64,000 bases of DNA from Phaeosaccion multiseriatum. Lineage: Eukaryota; Protista; Ochrophyta, other classes. Within the stretch, counting starts at the first letter, position 1. Every line of letters starts with the position of its first letter. The position numbers and the translations under genes are program-made. Positions 37,901 to 64,000 of this stretch are shown one piece after another. Under the pieces are notes generated by a model. The model saw nothing but the letters and a program-made list of their open reading frames with translations. It was not told the origin of the DNA and made no database searches. The stretch lies in assembly GCA_965112735.1 (NCBI GenBank), contig OZ218950.1, positions 5,580,001 through 5,644,000 of the forward strand, read 5' to 3'.

Positions 37901-39713
37901 CGTATATGTATGGATGGCGTTTATATCGTATATGTATGGATGGCGTTTATATCGTGTATGTATGGATGGCGTATATATCGTATATGTATGGATGGCGTAC
38001 ATATCGTATATGTATGGATGGCGTACATATCGTATATGTATGAATGTCGTATATGTATGGATGGCGTATATGTATGGATGGCGTATATATAGATTTTGTC
38101 AGTGGGCGTCTTTCTCTGCGTCTCTGAGTCTCTCGGCGTGCTTGCTTCCTAAGCTTGAGCTTTGAGGTTTGACTCAGATAGGCCTTTGAGGTTTGACTCA
38201 GTTAGGCCTTTCGGCTTTGACTCAGTTAGGCCTTTGAGCTTTGAGTTTGCGCTTGGCTTTGGACTCAGGGCTTTCTTCTCTTCTCTTTTCTTTTTGTATG
38301 CCATGCACACTCATTCCTTCACCCATTCCGTCATTCATTCCGTCGTTCATTCCTGCCTGTCTTTGTGTTGACCCCGTGTGTGGTGTGTGTCGGGCGACCC
38401 CCTCTCTCCTCTCCTCTCCAGGTACTCTGTAGAGGGCACGCTGGCCAAGAAGCTTCTCTCACACCCTGAAGAGGTCGTCGGTATGGACGGGTGAGTCGCT
38501 GACTCATTCACTCAGTCACTCACTTCTTGGCGTCAGTCGGTCACTCAGTCAGTCAGTCAGTCAGTCAGTCAGTCAGTCAGTCAGTCAGTCAGTCAGTCAG
38601 TCAGTCAGCGATTTGGTGCGTTCTTACATGATCCTTGCTGTACCCCCCCCTCTCTCCCCCCCTCAAGCCGCATCCGCCACCGGCTGTGCTCTGTGGAGTA
38701 CGTATCCTTCTCTGCTCACGTGGACTTTGTGCAAAACAAGCGTTTCATGGACGAAGTGGCCCCTGCCAATGTCATCCTCGTGCATGGGGAGCAGAGCGAG
38801 ATGAAGCGTCTGGAAGGGGAGCTCAGGAAGAAGTACCTCGTCTTGCCGCTGAGAGAGAGGCCCGCCATTCGCACCCCGCAGAACACGGAGCAGGCAAGTT
38901 CAAGTGCAAGTTCAAGTTCAAGTGCAAGTCAAAAGTCAAAAGTCAAAATTAGGTTTTCTTTGACCGACGTTCAGGCGGGCCCCACCCCTCTGGGTCAGGC
39001 AATACCTTATCGGTCGATAGTTTTGTGCGGTGTCTGGAGGAAGGGGGAGGATGGGGCTGGGTTGGGTTAGGTTGGACGGGTGTCAGCACAGTGCTAGGAG
39101 CCCGCAGCTCTCTCAACCAGTGCCGTCTCTCTGCTTCTCTCTTTCTGTCTCCCTCTTTCTGTCTCCCTCTTTCTCTCCCCACTCTCGCGTGTGCTGCCTT
39201 CCCCGATGCCCAATCAATCCCAATCACCACCACCTACCGCTTCCCACCAGGTCCTTATCCAGTTCCACCGCGAGAAGGTGGCACGTGCGGTGGGCGCCCT
39301 AACGGCTTCGCTGCCCGCCTCCTCTGCGTGCGGGGGGCTGCTCGTGAGCAAGGACTTCGACAAGCGACTTATGACTCCGGAGGACGTGGAGAGCTACTCA
39401 CAGCTTAAGGTAAGGCAGTGGGGGAGTGCGTGGGTGGGGGAGTGCGTGGGTGGGTGGGTGCGTGGGTGGGTGCGTGCGTGCGGGGGTGGGTGGGTGCGTG
39501 CGTGAGTGGGTGGGTACGTGCGTGGGTGGTGCGTGGTGCGAGGGCATGCCGAGAGGGGCGGGGGGGGCGAACACATATCCAATCACAGTCCCAGGGTGCT
39601 GCTGCTGAGACCTGACTCCTCCCTATCTCCCGCACTTGTGTGTGTGCTTGTGTGTGTGTGTGTGTGTGTGCTTGTGTGTGTGTGTGCGTGTGTGTGTGCT
39701 TGTGTGTGTGTGC

Positions 39714-39750
<37 letters not shown>

Positions 39751-40896
39751 CTGGACTCCTCCTTGGGCTCCTCCTCCTTCCCCCAGGTGGGCGGCGTGAT
39801 GAACAAGCTGTCCGTGCCCTTCTACTCGAGCTTCTCCGTGCTGCTCGCCTTCATCAGAGAAGTGTACGATGACGTTGTCCTGGAGGGGGGGGTGGGGCGG
39901 GGCACTGGGGGTAAGATCATCGTCCACGGAGGGGCAACAACGGTTACATGGCCTGCTGCAGCGGCCACAGAGACTGCGAACAAGGCAGGGGGTGGTGACA
40001 AGAACACGGAGACTACCGGTGGTGGTGGTGATGGTGGAGGAGGAGGAGGAGGAGGAGGAGGAGGAGGAGGAGGAGGAGGAGGAGGAGGTGGGAGTGTGAA
40101 GTTGGCGGTGGAGTGGGATGCGAGTCCTGCGAACGACATGGTGGCGGACTCGATCATTGCGTTGGCTATGCAGGCCCAGTCCAGCCCCGGGGGGATTCGC
40201 CTTACCTCTCCAGATATAACCAATCCCTGCAGGCACAAGCATAAGCACGGTCACAGCAGCCGTGGCCATGGCGGTAATAGCAGGGAGGGCAGGCATAGCA
40301 CGAGCAAGGACAGTGCGATGGACAGTGAGATGGACACAGCCGGGCAAGAGGCAGGGCAAGAGGCAGGGCAAGAGCAAGAGCAAGAGCAAGAGGAGGAGGA
40401 GGAGGAGGAAGAGGAGGAGGAGGAAGGCCCTGTGCCGCAGGAGGTTAAGCGTAAGATGATGGAGATGGGGTCGTCACTGCTACAGACGATGCTCAAGGAC
40501 TCCTTCGGGGAGGGCAGCGTTCGACTCCTCCCCACCGGAGAGGGTGGAGAGCCATCCCGAACCCCGAGTAGCGGAGAGGGTGGAGAGGAAGACGCGAAGA
40601 AGAAGGTCAAGAGCGAGGAGGAGGGGGGGCTCAAGAAGGCTTTAAAGGTAGGGAAGGAGGATGGTGGAGACAAGGGAGAACAGCCGCACCGACACGTCAT
40701 CGAGCTTAACCTTGATCAGGCTGTGGCCATACTGACTGTACAAACAGACGCAGAAGAGGAGGACGAGGGGGGCGAGGGGGGCGAGTACGGCCACGGTTGG
40801 AACGTGAGCCTGACGTCGTGCCCCAATGACGGCCTGAAAGAGCAGCTCCTGCTCATGCTTGACAAGTTTCAGGAAGCAGTGCGTGGTGCCGGTTAG
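34970..40896 (+). CDS. CPSF3: CPSF73/YSH1 pre-mRNA 3'-end endonuclease (11 exons)
   Basis: [100 protein letters not shown]. Confidence 0.97.
37648..38092. repeat. Intronic ~26-bp minisatellite (TATATCGTATATGTATGGATGGCGTA)
   Basis: About 17 degenerate copies visible in the CPSF73 intron at 37465-38421. Confidence 0.93.
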
Positions 40897-41213
40897 GTGA
40901 CAAATTTTTCACGTGACTCGTTACTGTAAAATTAATTTAGAGTGGAAATGAATGAAAGGGCGCAACCCTGTTCACTCATCAAAGGAACGCTACAAGGTGA
41001 GTACACTACCCAAACTTCCCCATCGATCGACACACACTCGATACTCGGGACGGTGGTGATAGAGAGAGGATAGGACTCTTCCCTAACCCCCCGCCGTGAT
41101 TCCTCTCGAGGGGACCCATCGACCCCTCTCGTCACTCCTTTGCACTCTCCTCACACCAACGGGCCCACCCACCCCACCCCCTCCTCTCAAGGGATGTCCA
41201 ATCAACTAATCGC

Positions 41214-58526
<17,313 letters not shown>

Positions 58527-59219
58527 CGCCGACACTTGACTTTCAGGTTTGAGGGATGAAGACGGGTGGGGTGTACAGAAAAGTATTGGAGGGAGAGAGA
58601 GCAAGATAGAAGAGAGAGAAGGAGGGGGCAGGACAGGGGAGTAACACGAGGGGGGGGAAGGAGGGGGGGGGAAGGAATCCTCAGGCTTCAGATAGAGGGC
58701 TATGATCTGAGACCACAGGAGGGCCTATTCCTATCAGTGCCATCTTTACCTTTGCCTCGTTCCTCACTGGGAAGCGGAGGAGAGCAGCGCTCCTGAAGAT
58801 GAAGGCAGAGGAGTGATGATGCCATCCAGTGCCATCCAGTTTGAATTTGAGATTACGTACCCTGCCCCCACCGAAACTAACAATCGAACAAATTCCACCA
58901 ATCAATAATTAGGGTGTCTGCGATTTTTTTCCCAAATCCCTTTCCTCAATCGTTTTCCCGAGCCGATTGAGGACCGGGAATCCCGATCGTAGAGCACTTG
59001 CGAAGTTGGGAGAGTGTCTGTCCTTTCCCAGATAAAAACTACGTACTCTTACGTAAAAGCTGTTGTTATTCACGATGGTGGTCGTCGCTTTTGTTGAGAA
59101 TGGACATCCCCATCATCCCCATCAATCGGTTGAATCCTACCCAGGGAGGCAGAGAGAGCCAGCCATGGCACTCCCACTGACGACACGGGCTCAGTATCCC
59201 GCCCTCCTTCTCTCGGACC

Positions 59220-59572
59220 ATGACGTCTAGAGGAAATGGACGAGCAGGAGGAGCAGCAGGAGACGGAGATGGCTTGAAGCAAGCCAACTGGAGAGCTCCA
59301 GGCGTTCTAGCAGCATTCATAATTCAAGTGGCTAAGAGCCACAAGAAAAATGAGGGCAAGCAGAAGAGCGAGAGACAAAAAGACAGCGCTCTCTACGAAG
59401 ACATCGCTACAGCCCTCAACAGCGCACCAATTTTCCTCTACACGAAGGTATGAAGCCAGATGAAAGCCGGGACAGAGCGGGAGGGAGAGAGGGGGGAGAA
59501 AAAACTAATGGCGAAGGAACGATTCGACGACGCCCTGGTTTCCTCCCTCCCACCTCTACTTGGTCTGGATTC

Positions 59573-59644
<72 letters not shown>

Positions 59645-60626
59645 TTTCCCCCCACCCCGCGCCCCATCCCCTCCTCTCTCCATCCCTCTCGGATACACTC
59701 AGGAAATCTCAGCAAAGAACATGCAGAACAGAATGAACACGATGCTGAAGTCTGCTGAAGCCACCGAAGACGCCATGACCTTGGTCCGAGATTCCTCGCT
59801 CGAAGACAGCGAGAAACAGGAGTTCCTGACATCTTTGGCATACATGCAGTCGCTGAAGGGCGGAGATGCTAGAGCAGCCAAGAAGAACCAGAAGAAGAGG
59901 CAACACGAGGAACAGAACAACGAGCGCCAGCAGGCGGCGAAGGTTGTGAGCGTGGCGGGGGGTGGTGTTGATGTGGGGGCGAAACGTCCCGCGGGCGGGG
60001 AGGGTGAAGGCCATGAAGATGACAACGACCACGACGACGACGACGATGATACCAACACCCCCGCCCCTCCGAGGAAGAAAACGAAAGGCAAGGCTAAGGT
60101 CCAGACCCGGGGTGACGCTCGTGCTCGCCCCGTCGTCGTTCGCGACCTGGATGATGACCTCCTTGGCGCCTTAAAAGGCTTGGCTCATCAACAGCCACAG
60201 CCGGGAGGGACAGACCAGGACATGCGTCAACTCCTGGCGCAGCAGCGGCAAATGATGCAGCAGATGCAGCAGCAACAGCAACTCATGATGCACCTGATGT
60301 CGGGCGCGGGTAACAACTTTGCGCCCGTCTCCACCCCGAGCCAGGGCTTGGGCTATGGGTATGGAGGTGGCAGCAGCAGCAGCGGCAGCAGCAGCAGCAG
60401 CAATGGCTCGCGTCTCCCTGTGATGCCCACTCCAGCACCGTTGGTACCTGCATCACCCGCATCCGGTGCTTTCTCCTCTTCCCTCAGTGTGGGGGGAGCC
60501 TTTGCCGGTCCGGACGACGGTGATAGGCAGCGGCTGCTCTCGGCTGAGCCGAGCACACTTTCTGCACCTGAACGGGCTCGGCAAGCTCAGCTCATGAGAG
60601 ACCTGGACTACAGGAACAACGTGTGA
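59220..60626 (+). CDS. Harbinger accessory ORF (putative Myb/SANT-like DNA-binding protein); intron 59448-59702
   Basis: NWRAPGVLAAFIIQV..LYEDIATALN..K|EISAKNMQNRMNTML has a trihelix-like pattern, followed by coiled-coil and low-complexity tail. Lies inside the TIRs. Confidence 0.7.
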
Positions 60627-60921
60627 GAGAGCGAGGGAGGGAGCAGGGGGCTGGCGAGGGCAGAGGTAGCAGGAGTACGAATAGCACACAGTAGAGAGGT
60701 ACCCCAGGCAGAGGTAGCAGGTAGAATGTGGAAATCACTCGGTTTTGAAGAGCACATGCGGGGGCGAGGGCAGGTCGGGTTGTGGACAGCACGCACGGTA
60801 CACACACGCAAGCGAGGGTTTGGCAGTAGCAATGATTGTATTGTCGGCAGCAAGGGAGCCGTCACTGACATCATAATGGTAGTTTCGTTTCAATCCTATA
60901 CGATACTTTGATTTGCTGTGC

Positions 60922-62352
60922 CTAGAAGAGAGTGAAGTACTCATCGAGGCTTGGGGGCTTCACTCCAAAGTATTTGGAAATCTGATTGCCATACAGGCAG
61001 CAGCGGCAGTTGGCGAGGAACTGGCCATTGAAGTAACTCCTCGCGATATTCCCGCCTCCGAGAAGCTGCTGCTTGGCCAGACAGTTGAGGAAGCGGAAGG
61101 CCTGTGTGGTTTGCACGAAGCCCCACTCCACAGCGATCCGGCGGCGACTCATGCTCTGGTTCTCTTCGTCATCCTCGGCAAGAAGGGGCAGTCCGCCAGC
61201 CCTGCGAATAGTGTGAACGATGTGTGTGCGAGCCGCCACGTAGCCCTTGTCGCCATACACAAGGTACTGCGTCGGTTGGCCTGCTTGGCAATCTAGCATG
61301 CGACGGTCAAGGTCGCTGATGTCGAGCATGTGTTCGTCGTGCCTAGAGCCCGGGAAAGCTCCATAGATTTCAAGCTGGGCAGAGCAGGATTGGGAGGAGA
61401 TGTGTACCGTCGTTAAATGCGTTGCTAGTCAAGACAAGGACCTCTCCGACCTCTAAACACAGACCGCCCACCCCCCCCCCTCCCTCCAGCACACTTGCAA
61501 GCCACTGTACTGTACCATCATTCCATTTGGAGCCTCCACGCCCTGGTAGCCGAGTGTGTGGCGGTGCTTGCGACCGTCGTAGAACATTCTCTGCGTGTCT
61601 TGCATGTTCTCCGCCTGGCTGGGGCGGCAGATTGGCCTCTTGGTGCCGTCCATGATCAGAGCAACTCTCTGCATGACCTCGACCCGCCTCCCAGCAATTG
61701 GAACCTCCTCAGGATGCGTCGTGAAAGCCGCTGCAAAAGAGGGAAAGAAGTTGACCCACTTGTGCACAGACTTCACGAGCTTGGGTGCTGCCCACCTGTT
61801 GAAAATGTGGTCTTGTACCAAGTGAAAGACTCTGGAGAACTGGGTGTTCTCTCTTCCATACTGCTCGCTGAGGTCCTCCAGCGTCTTTGAGCTCGACAGG
61901 CGCACCAAATAAAGGATGAGCCCCTCCTCAGCAGTCCATGTGCACCCATTCGAGGCTCGCAGGATTGGTGGTAGCTGCAGCAGGACGAGCAGCTGGGCGA
62001 CGTCTGCGACTTTGAAGCGGAGGTTGGCCCAGGACGTGTCTTCTGTGAATGCTGCGATGGCCAAAGGGGGGCGCACCAGGGTTCTGATCAAGAAGGGCTG
62101 CCACCGAAGCAGTCTCCGTCGCCGCCGTATCACCAGTAACACCAGCAAGCCGGCAGCGACCACGAGATTCCACGCTGCTCTCCGCATCTTCAGTATCGCG
62201 AAGACGAGCAACGCTCGGACAGAAAGCGCGCGAAGACGCCTTGCTCGGTGAAGGTCGTTGCAGCTGAGGCCACCTGCCCCTCTCAGAGCCACCCGCAAGG
62301 CACGCCGGGCCTTCTTCTTGCCGTCTGCCGGGCCGTGAGCCCACCGCGCCAT
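60922..62352 (-). CDS. DDE_Tnp_4 / HARBI1-type transposase; intron 61375-61515
   Basis: HTH EEGLILYLVRL..DLSEQYGR; catalytic IMDGTKRPICRP, YGDKGY and RIAVEWGF; also FYDGRKHRH, NGMM|LEIYGAFPGSRHD and CLYGNQISKYF. Frame is intact. Confidence 0.93.
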
Positions 62353-62751
62353 CTTCTCTCCCTCCTCTCACTACCGCCGCTGTCTGCGCTTGTTGCACCA
62401 CAGCCAAGACTCTCTCGGTGCTCTACTCTCGCTACTTTCTTCCCTGTCATCAAAGCCGAGACTCTGTCGGTGCTCTGCGCTCTTTGCTGCGGCGTCCCAA
62501 GCCCATGGCGTTTGGTTGCGCGCCAGAGTGGGAAAGGCAGTTGGAAAGGCATCGACATACGATGACGAAGAGGTCGACTTTCGCCCATATTCTTCCTGAT
62601 ATTACCGATTTGGGACCAGAAAATAATTTCCCTAATCTTTGCTTTTCCCAAATAAATTCGGGAAGGATTGGCGAGGATTAATAAATTATTTCCGATTTAG
62701 GACTGGGAAAGTGGGTTTTCCTCAAATCGCAGACACCCTATTATGTGTATA

Positions 62752-63147
62752 TCCCTAACCCCAAATTTATGGTCATAGAAATGGGACATTATTTTTTCGA
62801 AGGGCCAAAATCGAGGTTTCCGACCGTCATTTTTTTGCGTCCTTGGAGTGAGCATTAGAGCTCATTCTTGACTACACCTCCACGTGCGGATGATGCAATC
62901 ACTGGTCGCGTCGTCATTTGAGGGCGATGCAAAAAACAGGCTAATGTCATATTCTCGTCGGCGCCTCACGCGACGAAGGCATCAGTGGATTGCATCATCC
63001 ACACGTGGAGACGTAGTTGAGAGTGAGCTCAAACTCCAATTCTAAGGACGAAAAAAAATGACCGTCGGAAACCTCGATTCCGGCCCTTCGAAAAAATAAT
63101 GTCCCATTTCTATGACCTTAACTGTATGACATTATCGGGGTTAGGGA
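62752..63147. mobile_element. Foldback MITE (~395-bp near-perfect palindrome)
   Basis: Ends TCCCTAACCCC / GGGGTTAGGGA flanked by TATA. Perfect 36-bp inverted repeat at 62771-62806 / 63082-63117, with complementarity continuing to ~62925/62965. Confidence 0.88.
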
Positions 63148-63202
63148 TATATAAATAGGCGAGAGTGATAATGGCTATGATACGTAGCTAGCTAGCTCCG
63201 TT

Positions 63203-64000
63203 CTACGACTTGTTCGACGACCTTCGAATGGCATTGCCCCAGTCTGCGATGTCCTCCTCCCTCACAATGAGCTGCTTGCGATGCACGGCCACCGCCAGCC
63301 CGGGCTCGCACGCCCGCATGGCCCTTGACACGAGCATGGCCCCCCTGTTTCCATTCATGGTGAGCACCAAGTCCCCACCCAGGCGCTGCGCTGGCACCTT
63401 GTCGCCGCTCTCACCGCTGCTGCTGCCACTGTGTCCACTGTCCCCCTGCTCCAAGTGCTTCCTCAACCAGTGCAGCACTCTTCTCGAGGCGGCGATGGCC
63501 ACAGGAAGATCTCCCCAGAGCGACATGTCTATGGCCAGCAAAGAGGCGTCCAAAGCGGCACCGGCCCCGGCCCTGGGGTTAGTACATTGCGTGGCCTGCC
63601 TCAGACTCGCCACCGGGTCCGCCAGCGCCCCGATGTCGCTCCCCTCCTCGAAGAGGGCATCCACCAGCTTGGCCGCCTCCTTTTCCTCGTCGCTGCTCTC
63701 CTGTTGGCCGGGGTTCATGTTGGCGACGACGGCCGCGATTGCCAACTCGTATGCCACGCCAAAGGAGGTGCCCCCTCCTTGCGTCCGCTCCCCCGCTGCC
63801 TTGGCTGCCTTCCTCATCTCCTCTACACAGAAGAGCAGCTCTGCCTCGCGCTCCGTCCTTCCGCTACACACGCGAATAACATCGCCGAAGATTGGGGCGT
63901 CAGGCTGAGGAAGGCCGCCACTTCTGTCGTTGCTGTTGCTGCTGCTACTACTACTGCTGCTACTACTACTGCTGCTGGGTGGAGCACCCTCCTCCTCACC
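63203..64000 (-). CDS. C-terminal part of a helical-repeat protein with degenerate Smr-like domain (PPR-SMR-like), partial
   Basis: Open frame of more than 220 aa to the stop at 63203. GVAYELAIAAV is PPR-like; IDMSLWGDLPVAIAASRRVL..LVLTMNG..KQLIVREEDIADW resembles Smr topology. Confidence 0.45.
   Translation of the reverse strand, partial: GEEEGAPPSSSSSSSSSSSSSNSNDRSGGLPQPDAPIFGDVIRVCSGRTEREAELLFCVEEMRKAAKAAGERTQGGGTSFGVAYELAIAAVVANMNPGQQESSDEEKEAAKLVDALFEEGSDIGALADPVASLRQATQCTNPRAGAGAALDASLLAIDMSLWGDLPVAIAASRRVLHWLRKHLEQGDSGHSGSSSGESGDKVPAQRLGGDLVLTMNGNRGAMLVSRAMRACEPGLAVAVHRKQLIVREEDIADWGNAIRRSSNKS

Larger units (their letters stand above)
58911..62739. mobile_element. Autonomous-looking PIF/Harbinger (PHIS) DNA transposon, 3829 bp
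   Basis: Perfect 16-bp TIR AGGGTGTCTGCGATTT (58911-58926 / 62724-62739). ATT is duplicated on both flanks (58908-58910, 62740-62742). Two convergent ORFs. Confidence 0.93.

Noticed and set aside
37648-38092. Possible CRISPR array (26-bp repeats; also the 12-bp and 15-bp arrays at 47120 and 54897)
   Set aside because: Units are directly adjacent with no unique spacers, lie in spliceosomal introns, and there are no cas genes. These are minisatellites.
62753-62762. Interstitial telomere or chromosome end
   Set aside because: Only ~1.5 units at each end, in inverted orientation, forming MITE termini.

Overview
Eukaryotic nuclear DNA, most likely from a photosynthetic, flagellated stramenopile (ochrophyte). 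The evidence is GT/GC-AG introns, an MGDG synthase, a signal-peptide + 'SAF' plastid-type presequence and IFT22. About 16 host genes can be assembled by hand: MGDG synthase (partial), PRP38B-like with a Tudor-like domain, a PX-like protein, a UFD1-TRAF-zinc-finger protein, an SGNH-fold protein lacking the catalytic Ser, a degenerate RFC-like AAA+ protein with Cys/His fingers, AAGAB/p34, a DCC thiol-disulfide oxidoreductase, an NPF-rich PDZ-PH protein, IFT22, an organellar EttA-type ABC-F, DNAJC25, NOC2-like, CPSF73, a 17-kb ISWI remodeller with added HMG and winged-helix-like domains, and a partial PPR-SMR-like gene. Four gene pairs are head-to-head across only 100-280 bp. Mobile DNA includes an apparently intact two-ORF PIF/Harbinger (PHIS) element with 16-bp TIRs and an ATT target duplication, an adjacent ~395-bp foldback MITE with telomere-like ends, and a 2.3-kb (CACT)n array with tandem Helitron-like units. 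Introns, especially at 35-58 kb, are filled with strand-polarised micro/minisatellites and recurrent short motifs. Most ORFs in the supplied track are low-complexity artefacts. All calls come from manual reading and motif recognition; no searches were run.
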